Of a stretch of DNA of 64,000 nt, positions 39,660-53,862 are shown in pieces. A program made the translations under genes and the position numbers. Origin of the DNA: an uncultured Chloroflexia bacterium (GTDB taxonomy: Bacteria; Chloroflexota; Dehalococcoidia; GIF9; UBA5629); assembly GCA_963848815.1 (NCBI GenBank), contig CAWKFY010000017.1, positions 13,852-77,851 of the forward strand, given 5' to 3'. The stretch's first letter is position 1. Each line of letters begins with the position of its first letter. The notes below the pieces were generated by a model. The model did no database searches and was not told where the DNA came from. It worked only from the letters and a program-made list of their open reading frames with translations.

Positions 39660-40511
39660 CTATGGCAAGCCAGCACCTGGCACTTCGACCCTCAGGCACT
39701 CGACGCGGGATGCTGGCTTGGCCTTGGCTTCCTCCGGAACCGAGCTGTCAGCAGTAAGTATGAATAGCGTGCACCTGTCTGGTCCTCCAAGCATGCATGC
39801 GAACGCTTGCCGGTCCAAATCAATTGCATGAAGTACTTTGCCACCTTCAGTAATCCTTACGACCTGCTGTGTGCTGGGGCTGGCAATCCATACCGTGTTT
39901 TCCGCGTCAAGACATATACCATCCGGCATAGCAGGGGCTGTATTCGCCCAGACATGCCGTCCAGTCAACGAGCCGTCATTTTCTATATTAAATGCGGTCA
40001 GTCTGTTGCCCCAGGTTTCTGCAACGATAAGTGTACTGCCATCAGGTGTAATCACCGAGCCATTGGGGAAACGCATGTCCTCCGCTACGACCTTGGTCGT
40101 TCCATCTGGTTTAACCAGCACCAGGTTGGCTGGGTCAGGATTGAAGCTAACTACCCAGTCCGAGCCGAAGTTGCCGATGTAGGCATCGCCGTTGGAGTTG
40201 ACCACCATGTCATTGCAATGGTAGGTGGCTAAACTGCTCAAGTCTGCAACTTCCACCAGCCCCTGCGGATCCAGCCGCAGTAGACGACGGTCCAGCATTG
40301 ACACGATTAGCAAACGCCCGTCCGGCAGCCACCCCAATCCCGAGGGATGATTGGGAACCTTAGCAACATCCTCCACCTTCCCTTGCATATCAACTTTTAT
40401 CACCTTATTACCGTAAAAATCTGATAACCACAATTTGTTCTCATGCCAGCGCGGCACTTCCCCAAAATATAGACCGTCAATGAGGATCTCTGTTTTCGTC
40501 TGCATACCCAC
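39660..40511 (-). CDS. SMP-30/gluconolactonase/LRE family protein
   Basis: FGEVPRWH, PSGLGW, CNDMVV, FPNGSVITPDG, PDGICLDAE, ACMLGG. Confidence 0.92.
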   Translation of the reverse strand: MGMQTKTEILIDGLYFGEVPRWHENKLWLSDFYGNKVIKVDMQGKVEDVAKVPNHPSGLGWLPDGRLLIVSMLDRRLLRLDPQGLVEVADLSSLATYHCNDMVVNSNGDAYIGNFGSDWVVSFNPDPANLVLVKPDGTTKVVAEDMRFPNGSVITPDGSTLIVAETWGNRLTAFNIENDGSLTGRHVWANTAPAMPDGICLDAENTVWIASPSTQQVVRITEGGKVLHAIDLDRQAFACMLGGPDRCTLFILTADSSVPEEAKAKPASRVECLRVEVPGAGLP

Positions 40512-40899
40512 CTCCTTACGTCACTAGATGTGTTTGTTTTCAACTATAGTACATAATCCTTGAGCTATTAACAATCCACGGTAACATTTTCTCGGATGGC
40601 CCTCTGTGAATCAGTCGGGACGATTTGAACAAACACTATGACCAAATGGTGACTCCTTACCCCTCCAGCATTATTTCAGGTGGAGTTCGACTCTCCCTCA
40701 CTCACTGGAAGACGTCCCAGTACATGATTAAATCAAGTCTCACCTTCGGATTGCAAGTCTGACAACTCAAGTCCTCAAAGCATGCAAAGCATTGACAGCG
40801 CAGCGCTGTTATGAAAAAATACGGCAGCCAACGCTCAACGATTTATGATTTTGATGCCCTTGATTGACGTGTCGCCGATTTGTAGGAGGTTGCCAGAAC

Positions 40900-42927
40900 A
40901 TGAATACCAAGTCGTTTTCTAAGACTCTGATTTCCCTGGTGGTGTTGGCATCATTGCTATTGACGGCACTGGCTGTATTGCCCGGTAGTGCCATGGCAAA
41001 CCTGGCTGCAACCTCGTGGCCCATGTTTCAGCATGACCTGATGCACAGCGGCCGGAGCCAATATATTGGGCCACAGACAAATAACGTTAAGTGGTCTTAT
41101 CAGACCGGCAATATAGTAGGTTCCTCGCCGGCCATCGGCGCGGACGGAACTATATATGTGGGCAGCTATGATAATAATCTTTATGCCATCAATCCTAATG
41201 GCACCAGGAAATGGACATTTCCAACGGGTAATGCTATTTGGGGCGCTCCGGCAATAGGCAGCGACGGCACCATCTATGTGGGCAGCGATGATGACTATAT
41301 TTATGCCATTACGGATAACGTGACTGCGGGTATCCAAAAGTGGCGATTTGGAACGCTCGACCATATTGAGTCCTGCCCGGCTATAGGCGGAGATGGCACC
41401 CTGTATGTCGGCAGTGATGATGGCTATCTTTATGCTATTACGGATAACGGGGCTGCGGGTATTCAGAAGTGGCGATTTGGACCACTGTATAATTCGATTT
41501 CCTCTTCGCCGGCCATCGGCAGCAACGGCACAATATATGTTGGCTCCTGGAACAACTATATTTATGCCATTACGGATAGCGGGACTGCGGGCAATCAGAA
41601 ATGGCGATTCCAAACTGGCGGAGACGTCGTATCTTCGCCGGCCATCGCCAGCGACGGCACCATATACGAGGGGAGCAATGACGCCTATATTTATGCCATT
41701 ACGGATAACGGGACTGCGGGTAATCAGAAATGGCAATTCCAAACGGGCGGCGACGTTCTGTCTTCGCCGGCCATCGGCAGCGACGGCACCATCTATGCAG
41801 GTAGCCTTGACGATTACCTTTATGCCATTAATCCCAACGGTACTCAGAAGTGGTCATACAGGACGGGAGGATTGATTGTGTCTTCGCCGGCCATCGGCAA
41901 CGACGGTACGGTATACGTTCACTCGGAGGACGGCAATCTTTATGCCGTCAGCCCTAATGGCACTCTTATGTGGTCTTATATGACCGGTCAACCCGCCAGA
42001 GGTCCCATGAATTTCGATTCTTCGGCGGCAATCGGCAGCGACGGCACGTTATATATCGGTGCATTTAACGGAAAGGTCTATGCCTTCAAGAGTGCTGCCG
42101 TCGGATCCGCAACAGCCTCTGTCAACACAAGCCTGGGTATTGTTAACTTTAGTACCAGCGCAGGATCAATCTCGGGCCTTGCCAATACGCCTTCGTCAAG
42201 CATGCCGTGTTCAAGCGGAGGATATATCTTCCCCTATGGCATGTTCTCTTATAACATAACCAACCTGGCCCCGGGTGCCACTGCTACCATTACAATTACC
42301 ATTCCTAAGCCATGCCCATGGGCTCAAAGGTATTTAAATGTCAGAACGGCAGCCTGACCGACTTCAGCCAATATGCACAGCAACCAGACCCCAACACCTT
42401 CATACTAACCCTTAAGGACGGCGGACAGGGCGATGCCGACGGCCAGGCTAACGGCACCATCGTCGACCCCTGCGGCCCAGCCTTCCTATTCAGCAATCCG
42501 CCGCAGTCATCCTCGGCGCAGGTTACAATGTTGGCCACAGAATCCAGCAGCCATAGCAAATATCACGGTGCAAAGCGCTTCGCTATCCAATGCAAAAGTC
42601 GCACCCGGCGAACCCGTTACCGTTACAGCAAATATAGCCAATAAAGGTACGGCCAATGGCTCCGCTCAGGTCAAGCTCTATATCAACGGACAGGAAGAGG
42701 CCCATCAGGGCATCACGCTATCCAGCGGCAGCCGGGCACCCATAAAATTCACCGTCAGCCGCAATGAGTCCGGCACCTATTCCGTCTATGTGGGCAGCAT
42801 ACCTGCCGGCACCTTCGAGGTCGACCAGTTCACCGATCCCAACCTTATCCTCTATATCAGCGGCGCATTGATACTCCTGGCACTGGTCGGCGGAGTCATT
42901 TTCATAGCGATGAGAAGGCACCAATAG
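40900..42927 (+). CDS. Surface protein: signal peptide, 8-blade PQQ-like beta-propeller, choice-of-anchor U-like domain, CARDB-like domain and C-terminal TM anchor; frameshifts near 42310 and 42530
   Basis: AGGAGG RBS, WPMFQHD..HSG, eight SSPAIGxDG-type blades; LTLKDGGQGDADGQANGTIVDP in the next frame; then TVTANIANKG... and a hydrophobic tail ending RRHQ*. Confidence 0.82.
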
Positions 42928-42950
42928 CAGTAAAGTTAGTTTAACCAACG

Positions 42951-42981
42951 GCCGCAGCTATAAATGCTGCGGCTTTGTTTT
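42951..42981 (+). terminator. Intrinsic terminator
   Basis: GCCGCAGC-tataaat-GCTGCGGC followed by TTTGTTTT. Confidence 0.8.
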
Positions 42982-43110
42982 GGACACCCATTGGAATAAT
43001 TGATGGGTTTTGTTTAGATATGATATCCTAACAATTAGTTAACATTGTCAATCTGCACAGCAGTATTGCGAGGAAGCAAGGGATATTAAACCTGTATATA
43101 AGGGAGGAAA

Positions 43111-44307
43111 ATGAAAAAACTGTTGTTGGTAATGATCTCAATCTTGATCTTAACGTGCGGATGCATATATATTCCATCAAACCCTACTACAACTACTACT
43201 ACCGCCACACCCGAACAAACGCCGGTGGTAAGTTCGTTCAGCGCCAGCCCGCCGTCCATTGCGTCCGGCGGCAGCTCCACGCTTAGCTGGAGTGTCACGG
43301 GAGCAACAAGCGTCAGCCTGGACAATGGGATAGGAAACGTGGCTGTCAACGGCACGAGGGCGGTAGCGCCTATAGCAAGTACGATATATACTTTAACGGC
43401 TTCCAATTCATCTGGCAGCACTAATGCCACAACGCAGGTACTGGTATCCGGCACAAGCACACCTACGACACCCGCTACTCCATCTGCAACAGAGGCACCC
43501 ACGATCAATTCATTCAGCGCATCTCCCAGCAGCATCTCAGCAGGCGGCTCATCAACTTTGAGCTGGAGCGTAGCCAATGCAACTTCAGTAAACATCCAGC
43601 CAGGGATTGGCAATGTAGCTGCCAACGGGTCCATGGCGATATCGCCGGGAAGCTCAACCGTATATGCGCTTACAGCTACCAACTCAGGCGGCAGTAGTCA
43701 AGCAAGCACCCAAGTGATTGTAGCCTCCAGCACCCCCATAACTCCCGTCACACCCCTATCTCCAGGGATACACCTACTACCAGGGATAGCAGGCCTACTC
43801 ACAACAACTGTATATGATTTTGTAGCCAAAGCGCCAAATGCTTCCTGGGCGAGCGGCGGTGGAAGCCTGACCTTTCCGGGCGGTGACACAGACAATAGTG
43901 GATTTGCACTCTGGCGCAACAACGTCACCTTGGAGGATGACACCGTCTATACGCAGGTACTGGAAACACATCCGCAGTGGATAACCGGCGGCTGGATCGA
44001 GGGGGCTTACACAGAACTTGCCAGCTCGTACACCGTACAATCCAGCGATCATTTCTATTCAAAAGTCGGATTCATTAAAGGCGCCGCTGCCGGGAATGTA
44101 AGATTCAGGGTAATGATACGCACTGATACCGGCAACACCTGGATTGCAGATGTCCCCAAGTTATATAACGGTTCGCTGTCAACAATTGACATTCCTCTTT
44201 CAGCTTATGCGGGGCACAAGGCAGACTTCATTTTGAGAGTTGAAGCCAATAACACCAGCGCCACGCAGGATTGGGCCACCTGGATAGGCACCTCGATTAC
44301 ACGATAG
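43111..44307 (+). CDS. Putative lipoprotein with two Ig/PKD-like repeats and a C-terminal beta-sandwich domain
   Basis: Signal ending LTCGC; two repeats of P.I/V.SFSASP.SI..GGSSTLSWSV..ATSV....GIGNVA.NG...V.P..ST.Y.LTA.NS.G; Thr/Pro linkers; GGAGG RBS. Confidence 0.8.
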   Translation: MKKLLLVMISILILTCGCIYIPSNPTTTTTTATPEQTPVVSSFSASPPSIASGGSSTLSWSVTGATSVSLDNGIGNVAVNGTRAVAPIASTIYTLTASNSSGSTNATTQVLVSGTSTPTTPATPSATEAPTINSFSASPSSISAGGSSTLSWSVANATSVNIQPGIGNVAANGSMAISPGSSTVYALTATNSGGSSQASTQVIVASSTPITPVTPLSPGIHLLPGIAGLLTTTVYDFVAKAPNASWASGGGSLTFPGGDTDNSGFALWRNNVTLEDDTVYTQVLETHPQWITGGWIEGAYTELASSYTVQSSDHFYSKVGFIKGAAAGNVRFRVMIRTDTGNTWIADVPKLYNGSLSTIDIPLSAYAGHKADFILRVEANNTSATQDWATWIGTSITR

Positions 44308-44490
44308 CATCAGAACAAATATTACCCGGGATATCCAAAAAGATGACACTCCGCCTGCGCTAACTGAAATACTACGCAGCGCCTCATTTTCCTTTAGCTG
44401 TTTACTGAGGCTGCCGGCTACTTGTCTACGTGGGCCGTGCTTTAATAATGATACGTTGTCAAGCAATACAACTTATTGTGCGAGATAAAC

Positions 44491-45528
44491 TTAGAAGAGG
44501 CTGCCCTGCGGGGTTGTGCCTTTCTTATAAGGGATGCCCAGGTGTTCATAGGCCAGGCGCGTGGCGGTGCGTCCCCTGGGGGTCCTGTCGAGAAACCCCA
44601 GTTGCAGCAGATACGGCTCGTAGACGCCTTCGATGGTATCGGACTCTTCGCTGATGGACGCCGCTATGGTATCCAGTCCGACCGGGCCGCCTTCGAACTT
44701 TTCAATGATCGTCCTGAGGACCTTGCGGTCTATCTCATCCAGCCCCAGCTTGTCCACTTCCAGCTTGCCCATAGCTTCGAGTGTAACCCTGCTATCCACC
44801 ACCCCGTTGGCCTTGACCTGGGCATAGTCACGGATGCGTTTCAAGAGGCGGTTGGCCACGCGGGGCGTTCCCCTGGCCCGGCAGGCGATCAGCTCGATGC
44901 TTTCCTGATCGATCTTTAATTTAAGTATGGCGGCGGAACGCTTGATGATGGCGCCGATGGATTCAACATCATAAAAATCGAGCCGGTGGACAGAGCCGAA
45001 GCGGTCCCTCAGGGGAGAGCTCATGGCGGCATAACGCGTGGTGGCGCCGATCAGAGTGAAGCGGGGTAAATTTAATCGCAGGCTCCTGGCGCCGGGGCCT
45101 TTGCCCAGGATGATATCCAGGGCATAGTCTTCCATGGCCGGGTAAAGTATCTCTTCTACGATCCTGCTCAGGCGGTGGACCTCGTCGATAAAGAGCACGT
45201 CGCCTTTTTGCAGGTTGGTCAGTATGGCTGCCAGGTCGCCCGGCCGCTCGATGGCAGGGCCGGAGCTGACCTTGATATTCACTCCCATCTCGCCGGCGAT
45301 GATGAAGGCCAGCGTCGTTTTACCCAGGCCGGGAGGCCCGTAAAGCAGGATATGGTCTATGGCCTCGCCGCGCTTCTGGGCAGCCTTAATGCCGATCTCA
45401 AGGTTATCCTTGACCTTCTGCTGGCCGATAAAATCGGCCAGCCGCCTGGGCCTCAGATTGGCATCCAGGGAACTATCCTCCGGGCTAAGCTTGCCCGAGA
45501 CTATTCTGGATGATTCCTCTTCCTGCAT
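44491..45528 (-). CDS. ruvB: Holliday junction branch migration helicase RuvB
   Basis: [56 protein letters not shown]. Confidence 0.98.
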   Translation of the reverse strand: MQEEESSRIVSGKLSPEDSSLDANLRPRRLADFIGQQKVKDNLEIGIKAAQKRGEAIDHILLYGPPGLGKTTLAFIIAGEMGVNIKVSSGPAIERPGDLAAILTNLQKGDVLFIDEVHRLSRIVEEILYPAMEDYALDIILGKGPGARSLRLNLPRFTLIGATTRYAAMSSPLRDRFGSVHRLDFYDVESIGAIIKRSAAILKLKIDQESIELIACRARGTPRVANRLLKRIRDYAQVKANGVVDSRVTLEAMGKLEVDKLGLDEIDRKVLRTIIEKFEGGPVGLDTIAASISEESDTIEGVYEPYLLQLGFLDRTPRGRTATRLAYEHLGIPYKKGTTPQGSLF

Positions 45529-45600
45529 TTCAGCTATAGCAAATAGGACTTAGTAGCATTATATCACAGGGCTTTAAACACGGATGAAGCAGTCAGCTCC

Positions 45601-45634
45601 CAAAATAAAGAGTCCCCGCTTAAAGCGGGGACTC
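45601..45634 (-). terminator. Intrinsic terminator after rpoC
   Basis: 11-bp perfect stem GAGTCCCCGCT-TAA-AGCGGGGACTC (45610-45634) followed by TTTATTTT on the minus strand. Confidence 0.85.
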
Positions 45635-45662
45635 CGTCACTATCTATTAACCGTTAAGGGAA

Positions 45663-48600
45663 CTACTCTTGCTCGCCAGTCGTATCGGGAGCATCCTCCA
45701 CGGCTACCGGGCTTTCGATAACCTCAAGCATGTTCTCGACCGGCTCAGGGAAGACGATAGGGCCGTCGTCCAGCAATAAGTTGGACGGCTTGCCCAGCCT
45801 CTGAGTAAGCGTAATGGTAGAAGGTATAAGCTTGCCGATGATCACGTTCTCTTTGAGACCGTGCAGCCTGTCCGTCTTGCCCCAGATGGCCGCTTCGGCC
45901 AGCACCCTGGTGGTCTCCTGGAAGGAAGCCGCCGCCAGCCAGCTATCCGTATTGAGCGAAGCGCGGGTGATGCCGAGCAGCACCGGACGCGCCACCGCCT
46001 GGTCGCCGCCTTCGGCTTCCATCTTGGCATTGATGTTCTCAAAGTCGAGCCTGTCGACCAGGTCGCCGATCAGCAGGTCCGTATCACCGGAGAACTCCAC
46101 CCTGACACGCCTGAGCATCTGCCTGACGATGGTCTCGATATGCTTGTCATTGATATTCACGCCCTGTGAGCGGTACACCTTCTGTACCTCGTCGATCAGA
46201 TAGCGCTGAACGTCATTGCGTCCGTTGATGTGCAGGATATCCTGCGGGTCCTTTACGCCTTCAACCAGCTTATCGCCGGCCCTGACGTAGTCCCCCTGCC
46301 TGACCAGCACATGGCTGGTAACCGGCACTTCGTATTTGCGCTCGTCCTTATCTTCGTAGGTTATTATTACCTTGCCTTCTTCCACCCTGGCCATACCGTC
46401 GACACGAGCGACCAGCGGGTGGCTTTCCACATCATCGCCTTTAGCCACGGCCTTGCCCGGCTGGGCCAGCACATCGCCGCGCCTTACCGGGATATTATTC
46501 TCCGTGACAACTTTATATCCGGGTGGAATCTCGTGCTCTATAGGATAAGCTTCGACATGGGTAATGGTTATCTCACGCCGTCTGCAGACTGCCGTCCTCG
46601 ACCACCTCGTTCATATTCACAGTCCCGTCGATCTCAGTCAGAACAGCTTTGCCCTTGGGTACCCTGGCTTCGAAAAGCTCTTCGACACGAGGTAGACCCG
46701 TGGTGATATCGGCGCCTACCACACCGCCGGTGTGGAAGGTGCGCAACGTGAGCTGCGTGCCCGGTTCGCCGATGCTCTGGGCGGCAATGATGCCGACAGC
46801 GGTACCGATCTTGACCATCTCGGTCGATGACAGGTCACGCCCGTAGCAATGACGGCAGACACCGCGCTTGGAATTGCAGATCAACGGAGACCTGACGTTT
46901 ACAGATTTAAGCCCGGCCTGCAGTATAAGCTTCAGCTTTTCTTCGTCGATCGTCTCGTTGCGGGCGACGATGATCTCACCGGTTTGAGGATCGACTATAT
47001 CTTTGGCTGCCAGGCGGCCCTTCATACGTTCGTCGAAAGCCGGCAGTAAACCTTTTTCTTTCTCGTTTATTATGGCAGAGAATTCAAGGCCGTCACCCGT
47101 ATAGCCGCAATCCTCTTCCAAAACGATCAAGTCCTGGGCAACGTCGATCAATCGCCTGGTCAGGTAGCCTGCATCGGACGTCCTCAAGGCCGTATCTGCC
47201 AGACCTTTGCGTGCGCCGTGGGTCGACATGAAATATTCCATGACCGAGAGGCCTTCGCGGAAACTGGCTTTGATGGGGAACGGGATGATACGTCCCGAAG
47301 GATCCGTCATCAGGCCGCGCATACCGGCCATTTGCCTGATCTGGGAAATATTACCTTTGGCGCCTGAAAAGGCCATCATGTAAACGCCGCCGTACCTGTC
47401 CAGCGATCTCTTTATCTCGTTTTCAATGTCGTTGGTCGCCTTGGTCCAAACGTCGATGGCCTGCGTTTCGTACTCTTCGTCAGTGATCAAACCTCTGTTG
47501 AACTGGTTCTGCAGTATGGCGATATCCTCGTCGCCCTTGGCGATAAGCTTGGGCTTGCTCTTGGGCACTTCGATATCCCTGGCCGAGATGGTGGTGCCTG
47601 ATTTGGTGGTATATTCGAAGCCGACGCGTTTTAACTCGTCGAGCATGGTTACGGTCTGTTCACGTCCGCACCAGCGGAAACATTCGGATACCAGCCTGCG
47701 CAGGTCGCCCTTGCTGGTGGCAAAGTTGCAAAAGCCGCCGTAAGGTTCGTGCTGGCGCAAATCGCGCGGCACGATCCTATTGAAGATTATGCGGCCGACG
47801 CTGGTATTGATGATCCGGCTCTCCGGGCCTGCCATACGTATTTCCTCTTCCTGTTCTACAGCTTCAACCGGTTTCGCTTCTTCCACGTTTTGAGGAGCTT
47901 CTATAGTTTCAACAGCTTCTACAGCTTCCGTAGCCTCTGCTGCCTCGGTGACTTCTTCGACCACGGGCTGCTCTTCTTTTACTTCAGTGCCCTTTATGCG
48001 CACCCTGATCTCTTCATGTAACGAGGGGTACATGCTGTCGCCAGTGATATTAAACATATCATAGGCAAGGATAGCCTCGGCAGGGCTGCCGAACATTTTG
48101 GGTGTCCCTTCCGTAATCGGCTTCATATTGGTCAGATAATAACAGCCCAGCACCATATCCAGGGTGGGCGTCATGACCGGCTCGCCGGAGCTCGGCAACA
48201 GCATGTTATGCACGCTGAGCATCTGCTCCCGCGCTTCACGCACGGCCGACCTGGAAAGCGGAACATGGACAGCCATCTGGTCGCCGTCAAAGTCGGCATT
48301 GAAGGCTGAGCAGACCAAAGGGTGTAGCTGAATGGCGCTGCCTTCGATAAGTATGGGTTCAAAGGCCTGTATACTGAGCCTGTGAAGGGTCGGAGCGCGG
48401 TTCAGCATAACGGGGCGCTCTTTGATCACTTCAGCCAGGATGTCCCAGACCTCAGCCCTGGCGCGTTCCACCTGCCGGCGGGCGCTCTTAATATTGTGGG
48501 CAAAGCCCTGCTCTATCAATCTGCGCATCACAAAGGGCTTGAAAAGCTCAAGGGCCATATGCTTGGGCAAACCGCACTGATGCAGCTTCAGTTCAGGGCC

Positions 48601-49827
48601 GACGACGATAACCGAACGTCCGCTGTAGTCCACGCGCTTGCCCAGCAGGTTCTGACGGAAACGTCCCTGCTTGCCGCGCAGCATGTCGGATAATGACTTA
48701 AGCTTGTGTGTGCTGGCAGCGCTGGGCAGCCTGCCCCTCCTGCCATTATCAATCAGGGCGTCAACGGCTTCCTGAAGCATCCTTTTCTCATTGCGAACAA
48801 TGATCTCGGGCGCTCCCAGCTCCATCAATTTCTTTAGGCGGTTATTGCGATTGATGACCCTGCGATACAGGTCATTGAGGTCGCTGGTCGCAAATCTTCC
48901 ACCGTCGAGCTGAACGATGGGTCGCAGCTCCGGCGGCAGCACCGGCAGAACGGTGAACACCATCCATTCCGGCTTATTGCCGCTGCGCCAGAACGCTTCT
49001 ACGATACGCAGCCGTTTGCTTAGTTTCTTATGTTTCTGGCCTTCGCTGGACCTGATATCCTTTACCAGCTTCTGCCTCAATTCTTCCAGGTTCATGGCCT
49101 TAAGGATATTCAGCACGGCCTCCGCACCCATCCCTACCTCAAACGCATCGCCGTACTTTTCCTTATAGTGCTGGTACTCGCTCTCGCTCAGTACCTGCAG
49201 CGGCAACTTGGCAATCTCCGAAAAGTCGACCTTGCCGTCGCTCTCAAGATCAGCTAGTTTCTCCTCTATTTCACGTTTTTTATCGGCAGTCTTTTCCGAT
49301 TCGTTTTCGCCGTTCTGGGCATTGGTCTCGACCTCGCCCAGCGCTTTCAACAGATCCTGTTTCTTAATGGTCTGATATTCTTCCAGCCTTTGCTTGCAGG
49401 CTTCGGCATTGACGGAAACTATCACGTATTGTGCAAAATAAAGGACACGCTCAAGGTTGCGCGGGGAAATATCGAGCAACAAGGCCAGCCGGCTCGGCAC
49501 ACCCTTGGCGAACCAGATATGCGCCACGGGCGCCGCCAGGGTAATGTGTCCCATTCGTTCACGGCGTACCTTGGAATGCTCCACCGTGACGCCGCACCTT
49601 TCGCAGGTCACGCCGCGATAGCGGACTTTCTTGTACTTGCCGCAATAGCACTCGTAGTTTTTTACGGGGCCGAATATTCTCTCGCAGAATAGCCCATCCT
49701 TCTCCGGCTTAAGGGTCCTGTAGTTTATGGTCTCCGGCTCGGTGACCTCACCGTAGGACCATTCCTCGATCTGGGTGGGCGATGCCAGGGAGATGCGGAT
49801 TGCATTAAAATCGTTTATTTCAAACAC
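45663..49827 (-). CDS. rpoC: DNA-directed RNA polymerase subunit beta'; frameshift near 46585
   Basis: NADFDGD catalytic motif, zinc fingers, [22 protein letters not shown]; the +1 frame continues RREITITH... into ORF 45663-46472 ([19 protein letters not shown]). Confidence 0.97.
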
Positions 49828-49836
49828 TTTTTACCC

Positions 49837-53562
<3,726 letters not shown>

Positions 53563-53698
53563 ATCTTCTCCTGTCGCGCAAATTCCAGACCGGCTGCGAA
53601 CTGAATTGACAAATTAATTAAATTGCTGACACACGCGGATTATTATGCGGGAACTAATATTACTGTCATAGGTTGGATTGACATGATCGCAAATTTGT

Positions 53699-53727
53699 AG
53701 TATATCAATAATTCTAACTTTTGTCAA
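53699..53727 (-). promoter_or_regulatory. Sigma70 promoter candidate for rpoBC
   Basis: TTGACA (53722-53727), 17 bp spacer, TATACT (53699-53704). Overlaps a divergent TTGACA-17-TATATC (53678-53706) facing lysA. Confidence 0.65.
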
Positions 53728-53862
53728 ATAGTTATTCACTGCTATTTATATCAATTGATAGACTGGATTTCAATCACACAGACCGGTTTTAATATAACAG
53801 CCGCAGTATCGGATAGTGTATAATACCGTCAGCATATATATAAATGATAGCAGAATTTTCCT

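Larger units (their letters stand above)
36215..44517. mobile_element. Integrase-free accessory island bracketed by ruvB 3'-end direct repeats
   Basis: Bounded by the ruvB fragment and the intact ruvB end; contains metabolic and surface genes, several decaying; no recombinase gene. Confidence 0.6.

Noticed and set aside
40681-40697. tRNA T-arm-like GGAGTTCGACTCTCC (possible tRNA or att remnant)
   Set aside because: Only a 4-bp stem; I could not fold an acceptor stem, D arm or anticodon arm around it.
41100-42090. CRISPR-like periodic repeats
   Set aside because: The repeats are in-frame coding propeller blades with a period of about 130 nt, not repeat-spacer units, and no cas genes are present.
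44308-44490. Possible integrase remnant or att core between the lipoprotein gene and ruvB
   Set aside because: No recombinase-like coding remnant or inverted-repeat arm sites could be recognised.
53563-53862. Lysine riboswitch upstream of lysA
   Set aside because: The region is occupied by divergent promoters and is AT-rich, with none of the L-box conserved motifs.
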